Of a stretch of 64,000 bases of DNA, positions 25,001-38,170 are shown piece by piece. The stretch comes from Chara braunii. Its lineage: Eukaryota > Plantae > Charophyceae. The position numbers and the translations under genes were made by a program. The DNA is taken from assembly GCA_003427395.1 (NCBI GenBank), contig BFEA01000012.1, positions 4,875,676 to 4,939,675 of the forward strand, read 5' to 3'. Position 1 is the stretch's first letter; each line of letters opens with the position of its first letter. The notes beneath the pieces are model-generated. The model saw only the letters and a program-made list of their open reading frames with translations, did not search any database and was not told the origin of the DNA.

Positions 25001-27445
25001 TCTCGGCCAGCTCATAATCTACTAACTCTTCGCTGATTCTGACTTCGGAATCGGGGTCGCCACGTATGAAAACCCCCGATCCAAGCCCTTATTCGCCCAA
25101 ATCCGCCCTCCAACTAGTGAGTTATACGTTTTCCTTCCTCCTCTCTCCTCACTCCGCCATATCCCGGCGCAGTCGGTTTCTCACTAACTCCCTACTCTGT
25201 TGTTCTAACACTAAAACTGACTCTACCCGTGGGTTCGCCCGGGGTGAAAGCCCCAAGATTGCCCCTTCCCCCGCCCGATTCCGTGAAGAATCACGCGGGT
25301 TACCCTCTTTCTGCTGCACCCCCTACCATCTCCCCGCCATACCACCTTTTGCATGCACCCGACGCCCGCTGTCGTCCGGGTTCATCTGTTCCTTTCAGCC
25401 TTCTCGTTGTCCGCTGTTCGTCGCCCCTTCACCCAACACCTGCCATGTGGCACACCGCTCCCCTCCTACCTGCTATACCACCCAGCTCAAACGCCCGCCA
25501 CCGCCCTGTCGCCTTAGCCCACCACCCACCATTCATCACTGCCTAACGCATCGGGCACGATATACCGTCCCGGTTCGTTCACTCTCCCCACCTGCTGCGC
25601 CCGCCGGCTCGCCTCTCGGCCCTGCCTTCCCGTACCCGGCGCTCATTGCCCCACTGTGCCAACACTTCACGGCTCGACGGCGTTTGGCTGTAAAAAAAAA
25701 GAGAACAACGCTCGACCGTCGGGCTTTCCTCGTATTATATGCGTGTCGTCCTAGCGCCCGGGCCATGCTAATCTACTCTGTATCGATCAGCCTACTACGA
25801 ACGCCCCGAAGGGCTTACCTCCGGCAGTGCCCCGTGGAGCCAAAGGCGGTGCGCAACTTGTTTTTCCAAATGCACCAGGCCCTACTTCTCGCCCGGATTC
25901 AGTCCTCCTCCCCCAATTCTATTGCCCTGGCTCTCCGACCAGCGCCGCTTCCCCGCTTACCTCGTCCGGTTCTTGCCCGGACTCACAAAAACTCTGCAGT
26001 GGCCAAAAGCTGGCCCTTCCAACCTTCTACGCCCGGCCACACAGCAGTGTGGCATACCGTCGCGGCGGTACTACCGCAAGCCCCCTCCCCCGTTTTTTAC
26101 CTTCACGTACCCGGCGCCAACTATGTCCGGGTTCCTTTCCAACCCTTACGCAGGCGTCATACTAACGGATGTCCTGAAGGACCGGGCCGGGGTAGCGCCT
26201 CGTGGCGGCACCAAAGGTCGCGCCGCCTGTCTAACCCCCGCAGTGCTATTGCTCCGCTTTCTTTTTTGAGCCCCTTTTGCATGCGCTTGCTCCCCTTTCT
26301 GTCCGGGTTCATCCCCAGACCTACAGGTATCAGTCGGCACGCAGCGGCCAGGCTAATCCTCTCTATATCCTTCCAATTTTAACAGATGTCCCGAAGGACA
26401 CAGCCTGAGCCGCGGGGATAATCTGGCCCTAGGCAGTTCGGGACCTTTGGCTTGGCTTCCCGCGGCCCTACCATCCGGGTCCGGCCTTCAGTTCAACAGT
26501 TCGGGGATGTACCCACTGAGCTAGGCTCTTGGGTGTCAGCCACACCCACGACACCGTGTCCCAGACAAAACGGAGTTGGGCGCGGCTCTGGCACAGCCAC
26601 GAAAACAGTTTGCAAGTGCACTTCGGGCAACCCCTGCGGATACAACGTACTCCACGCGCGATTTCACGCCCACCTACGGTCGTGAGATAAAATTTAATAG
26701 TATTAAAACTTTGAAATAAATAATATACATATAAGAACTGCAACGCACGCGGTAACTAGGCGAAAGTTGCGGCCCCCGGGGTAACAAAAGGCGAGGGGGA
26801 TAGTCCTACCGGCCCATCAACCCCTCGAGCCTTTTCGCCGCGCTCCTCCACTCCTTTGTAGCATGTCGTTGACCTCGATCCCTGCATCTGTTGCGTATCA
26901 GTCTGGTGCTGTAACCTATAGGGCTAAGCCCAAGCCTGGTACCAGCAGGCCTGAGTCACCTAATAAAGAGGTAGCCCCCGGTCTTTTGCGGCCAAAGGAG
27001 CCGGCCCACGCCATTCCCTGACCCGCACTCACACATATGACCATAAAAGGCCGCGCCAACCTCCCGGCTGTGTCGCGGCTACCCTTACCCGGCCGAATCC
27101 ATCAGGTCCCATCATCTGGATGCCGCGTAAGTCCGCACCGGCTCACTAGACCGTCCATCGTACCACGCGGAACCAATGAACAAGGTGCTCATAGGCTAAT
27201 CAATTCAATCAAGTTAAAAATGACATATGCTAACCAAAATTCACACCACGTCTACCAATGTAACCAAAAGAAGGAAAAAATCATGTGCGCCTCAAACTTG
27301 CGCGCCCACGCACTTTTTACTCTAGGCACCATAAATTACAGACGCGGTCGCGCCTAGTGTGGCATACTTAAACTTTAAACCAAACTGTTTTCTGTCGTTT
27401 GCAAAGACCAGGGCGGATACCCTTGTAAGGGTATTCGCGCCGACA
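19080..27445 (-). repeat. 5' LTR, 8366 bp
   Basis: Ends TGTCG...CGACA (TG/CA inverted termini); PBS 2 nt inside the 19080 boundary; similarity to the other LTR stops exactly at 27445/7221; candidate TSD ACGGC at 27446-27450. Confidence 0.93.
21812..22753. repeat. Array of 11 AACTTA stem-loops (5' LTR copy)
   Basis: Same array as 1582-2523; restores the AACTTA loop in units 2 and 3. Confidence 0.85.
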
Positions 27446-30400
27446 ACGGCCTGGCCGCATCAGCGGTATTGCGCGCATGCTTCATCACAGGCATCCACTG
27501 GGGTAGCTATCTGGGTCCCACCAGACTCCTGAATGGAGGTGGTTCACTGGGCGGCAGACGAGGAGGAAGGGAGATTGGTAGTGCTACTGGGAATGCTTGA
27601 GCTGGAAATAATATGCGTAGCCTGTATATACGCCCCTAACACGGTACCAGAAAGGATGGCGTTCTTCCAAAAAATCAAGGACCGGATGCCGGTGGGCATA
27701 CCCCTGATCATAGCCGGGGATTTTAATGCTGCCCCAGATAAGTAAGGACAGATGGAGCTCTCTTACCCCCCCCCCCATTACACAGAAGAGGACAAATACA
27801 TGCTTCGGGACCTCTCTGTCTCTCTCAATCTGTTTGACACATATAGGTGTATTCATCCAACAGAGCGGACTTTCACCTGCATCCGCACAGCGGATCTTGC
27901 ACGGCAATCTAAATCCCGTATTGATCTTATTTGGATGTCCGAAGACGTAAAAAACTCACTACAAACAGCAGTAATTCTCCCAAAGAGCCCGCACCCGGGG
28001 CTGGACCACAAAACGTGCGGGGCCTTACTGTCCTTTAGGAAAAGACCAGACCAAGGACCAGGATTCTACAAAATGAATTCCTCCCTTCTAAAATCACCAG
28101 AATTTCAGAAAATGATAAACGAAGCATGGGAACAATGGCAATCCTTCCGACATCAATTCGATTCAGAAATACAGTGGTTCAATAACGGTCTATTCTTCTT
28201 ATGACGAAAATGCAATGAATTCTCTAAGCTGAACGCAAGAAGACGTAACCTTCAGGAAATGGAACTCCATAAACAACTTCATACCTTGGAAAGCCAAGGG
28301 ACTTCAGATGAACCTAGTAATACCATTCAAGAGTTGCGGGAGCGATTGTTGCAGCACGCTCAATATAGGTGGCAAGGTGCCAAAATCAGAGGGAAACTCA
28401 CCAAATGGACATCCGAAGGAACCATGTACACACGTTTTTTTGGCATAGCAAAAGCAAGAGCACATCGTAACACTGTAGAGGCCCTTCTTAACCCTAATAA
28501 TGACCATGAGGTGACCACCACCACGGCACACTGCACAAATTTTGTGCGAACCTTCTTTAAGCAATTTTTCTCCTCGCAAATAACTAACCCTCTTGATGAA
28601 GGACACCGAAGGGAGCTGGAGGATTTTCTCGGCCCATTGGATAAACAACTTAGCCCTCAACAGAACGAAAAAATTGAACAACCTGTTAAGAAAGATGAGA
28701 TATGGACGACCCTCCTTCATATGGATGAGGATAAAACTCCAGGAATGGATGGTTTCCCTAAAGAATTTTTGGAAACCATGTGGCCGACCCTGCACCAAGA
28801 CCTGATGAGTTACTACAGGGAGGTATGGAGAACAGGACAGATGGGGGAATGTGTGGGCCAGGGGATGTTGTCCCTCTTATACAAAAAATGCGATAAAATG
28901 AATATCCGAAACTACCGACCCATCACCTTGCTAACGGTAGTCTACAAAATGTTAGCTAAAGCCCTCGCAAATCGATTGCTTGCGGTAATGGAGGATATTA
29001 TTCACCCGGCCCAATCAGGATTTATAAGATCCAGAAACATCCAGGGAAACATACTCCTAGTCAATGAGATGATCCATCTGGCTCAGCAATCCAAACAGAA
29101 CGCGGCCTTCATCTTTATTGACTTCAAGAAGGCCTATGACCATGTGGATTGGACCTTCCTGGATGCATGCCTCCAGAAAATGAATTTTGGGCCTAATTTG
29201 AGAAGATGGGTTCATATCCTCCACCATAATGCAACAACACGCGTGCAAATAAATGGGCTTTTAGCACCAGAAATCACGCTGCATCGCTCGGTCAGACAAG
29301 GGGACCCCATCGCCCCTTCCTTTTTGTGATAGTTATGGAAGCACTGTCGGCCAATTTACGCCATAACAAGGACATCAGGAAAATCAAGATTGCAAACATC
29401 CCAGAGGAAGTCATTCCGGTATGCTCCCTCTTCGCCGACGACCTCACAATAATGACCGATGCCTGGGAGGGTAACATGGAAGAGATACAGAGGCTGATGG
29501 ATCGATTCTGCAAACTGTCAGACATGGCTGTCAACTGGGGAACCAAAACTGTGGGGTGGTGGATGCACCATCAAGGGGGGCGCCCGCCTGAAGCTCCCCG
29601 CATTAAATGGCTCCCCTTGGAAGCCACAGTGAGTGTGTTGGGCATCCAAATGACAGCAAACGGAAAACCAACCACGAATAACGAATGGGTCCAGTCACCA
29701 GCTCAAGACAAGATGAAGGAATGGAATCAGAAGCCAACCTCACTTTTTGGGAGGGCACTAGTCATCAATAATGTTGTCATGTCGTCTCTTTGGTACAAAT
29801 CACTTATCCGGCTGTTAAGTGTAGCAGCCCTGAAGGCGTTCAAGAAGCAGGCAACAGTCTTTTTGTGGAGAGGAGATAGTGGATGCGAGCACGCTATCAG
29901 CAGGGTGGCGTGGGCCGCAGTAATCCAACCCAAGGCTAAAGGTGGCCTGGGGATTATTGACCCGACTCTCCAAACCCAGACCCTCAGCACGCAATGGATT
30001 AAAAACCTCATCCTGGGAACTGCCCAACCCTGGCACCCGTTAGCCATGGAACAGATTGTCAAACTCGCACCAGAAGCGCCGACAGAGGTGGACCCGCTTC
30101 TGTGGCTAGACGACAGGTATTGGAAACTCCCCCGCAGAGGGAGAGGAGATCAAAGGGAGGGCCCCTTAAAAGACGAATTCTGGCCACGTATGATCAAAAT
30201 ATGGCGGAAGCTCCCCCCCCCGGACCGTCTAGAACCAGAGAGATGGGAGGACGTATACCGACAACCCCTATTTGGCAACCGACGCATCACGGACTCCCAC
30301 GGGCAAGTAAGGTGTAGCTCCATCCCTCCATGGAATGGATGGATCAAACATGGGATATGGAAGGTGGGGGACCTATGGGACGTCAGAACGAGAACATGGA

Positions 30401-32445
30401 GGAATCTAGAACAAATGAAGGAAAAACTGCGCTATTGCCATCATGTGCAGGAGGTTCTGGACGGAATAATAGAAACCCTTCCTCTCCAATGGTATAATAT
30501 TCTAAGAGCGGGCCCGGTTTACAAGGAAGGAGACTAGGTGATGTAGAAAGGAGACCGTGGCAGGGTCGGGATGGTCCACCTGGTCAGCCCTACGGAGGTA
30601 TTGATCAAGTTCTATACTATAACGAAGGGGAACAGACTAAGCGGCAGCACAGCCCCCTTTGTCTGGACAGACAAGGAAGAAGTTGACCGGATGAGAGTGA
30701 TGGGGGAAAGGTGAAAACCACTGGGTATATAAACCTGGAACCCCGATCACAAAACTGGGCCTAGACCCACTTGAGTGGAGATGGAAACCAGCTGGCCCGA
30801 CACGAGGAGGTATCCACAGAGACACAACACTTGAAAACCTCTCTGTTAAAACCACATATAGGATGATCAGGCCAAGATGGAATCTAAAAGACACAGTGAA
30901 AGAGCGTTGGTACAGACACCTAAACGTTGACAGACATCTGCTAGCTCCAATCAGATGGTTTCAGGAAAGCAAGAGGAAGCAAGAGGAGGCCGGCCAAAAT
31001 CACCTCCCTGCAATGGCAGATAGCCCAGAAGGTACCTACCTACCAATAACTGGCTGATTGACCACACCAGGCTGGAACAACAGGGCCGCGCTCTCCCCTG
31101 GTGCAGCAGATGCCTCCGAGGGTACCCGGCCAAAAAGGCAGCCGAAACCATTGAGCACATCTTTCTACAGTGCCCGAATGCGGCCCTCACCTGGCGCTGG
31201 TGGGACCGGGTCTGGCAGCACATAGTCCCTGGATCCCTCTGGCCATGGGACTGGCGGGCCATCCTCACAGGCTTTTGGCCAGGACGGCGCGAAGAGGAGT
31301 TTGCGAATAATATGTTTGACCTGGGGAGACGAACAATCTTATGGACGCTGTGGTGGCAAAGATGTGTTATGACAATGGAAGAAGTGCGATTGGAGGGGGA
31401 GGAGGTGCGCGAGCATATCAAAAACCATCTCCAGTTGGACATAACGGATAGATGGCAGACAGTAAAACGCAAGCTAGACCTCCTTCAGCAACCAAAGGAT
31501 ATTAAAGAAAGCATCACTAAATTCTGCCAAGAATGGTTGGGCGGGGAAAGGGAAGGCTGGATTGCGCAGGTGAAATGGTCAGGGGACGCGAACGAAGGCC
31601 CTCAGGGGGAGGGAGAGATGGTAAGAAGGGATTACTGCCTGAATTTTAAAGAATGGACTGACATCGACCCGAGCTTCCCAATGCGGCCAGCTTCCGAGTT
31701 CCCGGACCCCTTCCCCCCACATCGTAGAAATAGCTACGCCTTGAGGCTCTGTTTTGGATGCTGGTTTTTGGGGGGTTGCATTTTAACAGAAAAGGGATTT
31801 TTTATGTAAGGGACGCTGGACCCAGTTTCCAGCAGGTGCTGCTTCCAAAAAGAGATTGTCTGAAAAAAAGGGTAGGCAGAGATGTTATTCTCCGGTCATG
31901 GGACGCTGGACCCGGTTTTTCCTTGAGCTTCTTGGCCCCTTTTCTTAACCTCTTTTTTGGCATGCTTAGTCAACCCCCTGGGGCTGTTAGGCCATCAATG
32001 CTGGCAGGCCCCACAATCCTCATTGTCACTCAGACATTCTATTTTCGACATTCTATTTCCTGTGAAATTCCTGTATATGGGACGTTGGACGCCATGAGGA
32101 CAGCAGGAGGAGGGCAGGACCTAGGGGAAGGAGGGAGATTCCACTGGTGCCCCCTGGTGGGTCTCCCCCCCCAGTACCCGACGGTGCTGCAGGCTAGGTA
32201 TGACAAAACAAGGTTAGATATGGGACGCTGGACCCGGTTTCCAGCCCAATGGCGTCACCCTCAATGATGTACTGTTTTGATCAGATGCATTTATGGGACG
32301 CTGGGCCCGGTTCCCAGCAGGTGATGCTCCCCACCAATAGACGGAGCGGCCCGCCAGGCAAAGCCTCAATCCCGGTGGTTCTCTTACCCCCCCCAGGAAA
32401 GAGGCCTTGTAAAAGGGCCTTTAAAAAAAAAAAAAAAAAAAAAAA
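27446..32445 (+). mobile_element. L1/Tx1-type LINE: decayed ORF2 (APE endonuclease, RT, zinc finger), 3' UTR and poly(A); 5' part displaced by the gypsy insertion
   Basis: STGVAIW, CIYAPN, IAGDFN, SRIDLIW, LDH; KTPGMDGF, NYRPITLL, DFKKAYD, RQGDPIAP, FADDL; CSRC...ETIEHIFLQC; A-tail at 32423-32445. Confidence 0.93.
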
Positions 32446-33026
32446 GAGTCTGCAAATTTTGTTCAGTTTTCTTGCTGGGATCATCAAACGACAAGTCTGT
32501 GAGACTCCAGACCCAGACATGGGTGCAAATGTTGTTCACTTTTCTTATTGGAATCACCTCACGGCCAGGTTACGCAATGACTCAAGACTTAAGGCTCGAC
32601 GGAGATTGAGATGTGACGGTAGATGTGGAAATGGATCTCAGACCCATAAGTCTGCAATGGAGCTGGATGGCTCAAGTGTCGATGTCCTGAACTCAGTTGC
32701 ACCCAGGAAGTCATGGTGCGAACAAGTTGCAGGAAGTCCCATGTGGACAGCAGGGAGTTTTTCAGATCAGCACATTAGGATGTAACAATATTTCCTGTTG
32801 CAACATTGACAAGTAGCATGTTATCAGAGGATATGTCATGCCGGTTCCATGTGAGCACATGTGTATTGCAGCGGTTTTCTTTGTCGCAGTATTTGTACAC
32901 ACGGCTATGCTATAGCGCTCTGCGAAGCGACATGCGCTCAGCGCGATTTTGTGTTCTTTTGCCATGGGCGTTGTTGGGAATAAGAGCAGAGAGCATTTTG
33001 TAGTTTGACAATCTGCTGACGGCGCA

Positions 33027-33125
<99 letters not shown>

Positions 33126-33700
33126 ACGAAAAGCAAGGCAGGTTCATACTCTTCGATCTGAAGTCTGTTTATAGCTTTTATTCCCTACTCGTGTCATGGC
33201 AGATTCATACTTTTTTGTGTGAACTACAACCAGCCCTCTGTGGGAGCAGCTCAGGGCAATGATCATGGTACAAGTTAAGCGCAGGAAATAGCTCCAATGG
33301 GGCCCTCTTCTCACATGGGGGACAGCTGCATTTTCACTACGCTGTATTCTTCTCTCAATATTTTTATCTCTCACTATCTACCCTGGGCTATGTATTTGGG
33401 TTAGGGTCAAACATTGCTGAAGGGGAGGCCAACTATAGTACCCCTAAATCTACCAGCTACGAACTACCCAACGTTGGATAGAGGACCGGCCTTAATCTAC
33501 CGTCCAGGACTAAGCTACCCTAAGGTTATGGGTCTACACCTACCTAACTCTGCTCTGTACAGGGGAGCAGCACCCAAGCTCATGCCTGGCGCGGGCTAGA
33601 AAGACGGGCTTAACTTCCACAACCAGCCAGGAGGGACGAGCCGACTTTCTCAGCCGGTGAACCCCAAATATGCCACACAGGGGGTCGTGGGGAATCGAAT

Positions 33701-33772
33701 GGATGACGTGGGGAATCGAACCCACGACCTGTTGTGTACCACTTATGTGCTCAACCAACCGAGCTAGGGCGT
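33701..33772 (-). mobile_element. tRNA-derived SINE head or tRNA pseudogene
   Basis: Minus strand A-box TAGCTCGGTTGG and B-box GGTTCGATTCCCC; acceptor and anticodon stems do not pair well. Confidence 0.65.
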
Positions 33773-34125
33773 GGAGTTTCTGTATCAGACCACATTTATG
33801 AAGGAAGGGGGCCTATACCGTCCATAAGCCAGGTTCTCTGTACAGCAGTGTCTAAAGGCCAACACTCTCCCACAAAGTGCACGAAATCCACTCATGCAAA
33901 CACTCACACCCACTTTGGCTAAGGACCCTACAAACATCGACCAGGGGGAGCAAGTCGACTATCTCAGCTGGTTGGTACCCCAGGTGGTCAGTGGGTTCAG
34001 TCACCACTTGATACGAAAAAAACGATTCCGTCACCAACACAAAAGTACAAATTTAATTGAAGAAAAAAAATAAAAAAGTACAAATTTACAAAATTTAATT
34101 ATTGCATCCGCTGGTTGGTACCCCA

Positions 34126-34545
34126 CTTGAGTATTAGGACATGGATTCAATCAGTTCATAGTCTGTCATCCTGGCCCGGATTTGAAGGCCCTTCAGTTCC
34201 AGTTGTCTCCGTAGTGATAATTCCTCTCTTGCTGTGCACGGTAGACCCGAGTACAGGTCTGAGGTTGGGTGAAGAGAGAGCCTGGTCTCTACTACCTTGA
34301 GGGCTCTCTCTAGGGACTGTTTCCATTTTCTTCCTTCCTTTGACATCTTTCTAGAGGTTGAAGAGGCTGTTTGGGAGAGGCAGAGATGGCTATTGACGAA
34401 CCAATCTCATCTGCTTTGTGTTGGAAGGTATTCTTTTTGGGTATGCTGCCGTACGAAGTCGGTAGATGTCGAAGCAGCCAACGACATCTTGAATGCTTTT
34501 TCGAAAAGTGGGGCTGAGTAGAAGAGAGTTGTTCACCCTCCTACA
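34126..34545 (-). mobile_element. Inverted LINE ORF2 fragment (post-endonuclease helical region)
   Basis: KQSLERALKVVE...ELKGLQIRARMTDYEL resembles KQALETALKIAE...ELKGLQTRAELTNYEL encoded at ~36730-36910 on plus. Confidence 0.65.
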
Positions 34546-34589
34546 ACGTCTACACTATGACCGTACCCCTGCCTCTTCCCCGTAGCCTC

Positions 34590-35496
34590 AATGATGGAGA
34601 TTTTTAGAAACGGGGCAAACGCAAAGGAAGACCGGGTGGACTGGAAGACACAAGGGATAGTCATTAGGAGCTGGAATGTTAATGGTCTCAGAAATATTAT
34701 CGACAAAGAAGAAAAAATGAATGACATAATCAAAGGGCTTACCGTTCACAAAAATAAACTGGCAGATATCACATTGCTGCCAGAAACTCACCTCACCTTC
34801 TCAGCAGAACACAACATAACTCGAAAAATCTTATCAATGAAATTGGGAGGAACAAAGGATTAAATATGGTCCTCAGATAATACGTTAAGCACGAAAGGAA
34901 CATCCCCCCTTATACCCAAATCATCCCGCCTATACACGGCAGGGTTGATAATGGGCAAAAAGGCGGACATTGTAGAAGGTAGATGGTGCCTTATGGATGT
35001 AAAGTGGAAGGAGGAAGAGTTCAGAGTAATCAATGTCTACTCACCAAACGGCTCTTCAGACAGATCAACTTTTATAACAAACATCGGTCATCTGATCCCC
35101 CCTTTATCGTCCTGCATTTTGGCCGGTGATTGGAACGCAACTATAGACCCTGCCATGGATCGTATATTTAGGTCCTCGGCTGGTCAGCTTACACAGGAGG
35201 CAGTGCCCCCCCAAAAGCTGATAATGGACTACAATTCAGGGCTGCACCGGCAACCGGCCGGTTGAACCGGACCGGATCCAGCCAGGCCGGTCGGACCCCT
35301 GGTGGTCCAACCGAAATCCGGTTGGGCCCAAAACCGGGTCAATTTATTTTTATTTTTATTTTATGACGACGGGGTTGGACTGCGTTTGTCGAGATCTCCC
35401 CAAATCGGCGAGAAATTTATGATCTGAGAACTTTTCCATGGGGGTGTGGGGGGGTTTGTAGTGTGGTGGTCGCTATTTCCCGCCCGCTCTTTTCTG

Positions 35497-35554
<58 letters not shown>

Positions 35555-37134
35555 NNNNNNNNNNNNNNNNNNNNNNNNNNNNNNNNNNNNNNNNNNNNNN
35601 NNNNNNNNNNNNNNNNNNNNNNNNNNNNNNNNNNNNNNNNNNNNNNNNNNNNNNNNNNNNNNNNNNNNNNNNNNNNNNNNNNNNNNNNNNNNNNNNNNNN
35701 NNNNNNNNNNNNNNNNNNNNNNNNNNNNNNNNNNNNNNNNNNNNNNNNNNNNNNNNNNNNNNNNNNNNNNNNNNNNNNNNNNNNNNNNNNNNNNNNNNNN
35801 NNNNAAGAAGAAGAAGAAGAAGATGCTTACCGAGGGAGGGAAAGCTCGACAGGGAAGGATGATGGCGAATCCACGGAGGCCGAGGCGGACAGGGGCTGGG
35901 CGACGACGTCTCCACCTCATTCGTGTTCGAAGTCCAAAGCAAACAGGGTGCACATCTCCAAAGCGGCGGGAGTTGGGAGTGTTTGAAGGGACGGCCTATG
36001 CACATCTCCCACCCGAATGTTCAAAAACAGGCGGCCTATCTGGGCCGTCGATCTCACCAGATCGACGGTCCAAATAGGTCGGCAATTTTTCAAGATTTAG
36101 GCGGCCATACTGAACACGGTCCGATTTTTTTTGGGGCCGGGAGGCCTCCATGACCTGCATGGAGGCCTCCCGGCCCCAAAAAAAATTGAACCCCCCCGCC
36201 TCCATAACCTGCATGGACGCCTCCCGGCCCCAAAAAAATTTGAACCCCCCCCATTCGAAATGCACAAATGGCAACCGAGGGGGAACCGACACGGTCCAAC
36301 CGGCCCGGTTCCGGTAGGGGAAGGGGGCCCCGGTAGGACCAGGTATGCAGCCTTGCTACAATCTAGTTGAACCATACCAGACTTTGCATCCGGGGACAAG
36401 AGCCGTCACATTGGTTAAAAAGAATCATGTCCACCATACCGCTTTCTCTTTCATTGACTATTTCCTGATCTTAGGGACACTAATGGGGACAACTCATACC
36501 CATCGAACTCTTAATCAGCTTTGAACAATATGTCGAAAAGGGGTCCAACTTTCACAAACTCAATAACTCCCTCCTACTGAGCCGGACTTTTCAGGTAGGA
36601 GTTCAGGATTGTTGGCAGAATTTGAGGGGCGCCTACCTACCCATACAGGATCGGTGGGAGTGGTAGGAGAGCTATTCCACATTATCACAGACGGTTGCTA
36701 GAATCTCAAGGAAATTAGCAGCCGACGGGGAACAAAGGAAGCAAGCGTTGGAGACAGCCCTGAAGATCGCAGAGACAGATCTGATTGATAACCCCTATTC
36801 TGCACTTTACACATACATTTTCGAAAAGGCAAGAGAAGAACGCACTATATGGAGATGGTGGGAACTAAAGGGACTACAAACAAGAGCTGAATTAACGAAT
36901 ATGAGCTAACTCAAGGGCCAGCGTGATAGAAAGCCTGAAAACCCTCTCAAATCCAACTGAAACAGTGATAGACAGCGAAGGAATGCTGAACGTAGCAAAG
37001 GAATTCTACGAATAGCTCTATCACACGAAGACCCCTACGCCTACTCCGGCCAGCACCAGAGAGGCACGGACTAGGATGCTGCAATACCTGGAACAAACGA
37101 TATCTCAAGAACAAGCAGAAGCTCGAGCCTTCTT
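34590..37134 (+). mobile_element. Decayed LINE ORF2 5' fragment (APE endonuclease), interrupted by a MITE
   Basis: SWNVNGL, LPETHL, INVYSPN, LAGDWNA; sequence resumes after 36363. Confidence 0.85.
35237..36355. mobile_element. Non-autonomous hAT-type element (contains an N gap)
   Basis: TIRs CAGGGCTGCA / TGCAGCCTTG; 8-bp TSD CTACAATT (35229-35236) / CTACAATC (36356-36363); CCGG-rich subterminal repeats. Confidence 0.85.
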
Positions 37135-37689
37135 TCATGTATTGGTTGAAGACTCAAAGCTTATGATTACCTCCACTGGTTTATGGTCAAGGCCAGCATA
37201 GGGGCCCCAATCTGGGATTTTGATTTGGTTTTCCTCAAATCCTGGCACAGCCATTCTAAGCGGTGTGGGCCTTTGCATAAAACGCTGATGCGAGCGCACC
37301 GCTGGCCGTGAGGTTGCCTCAACTTGCCTGTCATAATCTAACACTCGATTTGCAACTAGCGCAACCACCGCACTAGCAGACGACTTCACTCCTCTGTCCC
37401 ACAAACTGGTCATCAGCCTTACAATTACACTTTAACCTGGTTCTCACCTGCCATCAAACTTGCCATACCCGCTGCATGAGACAGGAGAAAACCGGCTAAC
37501 CCTCCATCACATCCTTATTGCCTTCAGTATGTCCTTCTTCATCAATGCTGTGCATGGACCCCAACCAAACACATGCACAAACCTTTGTATGTATGTTTCA
37601 GCCGATGTTTGCCATTTGCGTACTTGGCTGTTAGCTGGGCCCTGCAGTATTCCTTCCAGGACTGTTTGAAAGGCAGCCACAGCTGAGGA

Positions 37690-38170
37690 CGATGAAGAAA
37701 AGGAGGAGGGGAGGAAAAGAAGAAGAAGACGACGACGACGACGATGACGAAGAAGAAGAAGAAGAAGAAGAAGAAGAAGAAGAAGAAGAAGAAGAAGAAG
37801 AAGAAGAAGAAGAAGAAGAAGAGGAAGAGGAAGAAGACGAAGACGACGGTGAGGAAGAAGACGACGACGACGAAGATAGACAATGATGACGACGACGAAG
37901 AAGAAAGAAGAAGTCGACGGCGAAGAAAGAAGAAGGAAGAAGAGGAGGACAAAGAAGAAGACGAAGACGAAGAAGAAAAAGAAAAGAAGAAGAAGACGAC
38001 GACGACGACGACGACGAAGAAGAAGAAGAAGAAGAAGAAGAAGAAGAAGAAGAAGACAATGAGGAAGAGGAGGAAGAAGAAGAAGAAGAAGACAATGAGG
38101 AAGAGGAAGAAGAAGAAGAAGAAGAAGAAGAAGAAGAAAGGAGGAGGAGGAGGAGGAGGAGGAGGAGGAC
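37690..38170. repeat. Compound (GAA)n/(GAC)n/(GGA)n microsatellite
   Basis: Directly visible. Confidence 0.95.

Larger units (their letters stand above)
1..27445 (-). mobile_element. Giant Ty3/gypsy LTR retrotransposon, decayed, ~28.5 kb if the 3' LTR is complete; extends past window start
   Basis: Direct repeats 1-7221 and ~20215-27445; PR-RT-RNaseH-IN order on minus strand; tRNA-Asp PBS; many stops and frameshifts. Confidence 0.96.

Noticed and set aside
33701-33772. Functional tRNA gene
   Set aside because: A and B boxes present but acceptor and anticodon stems do not pair
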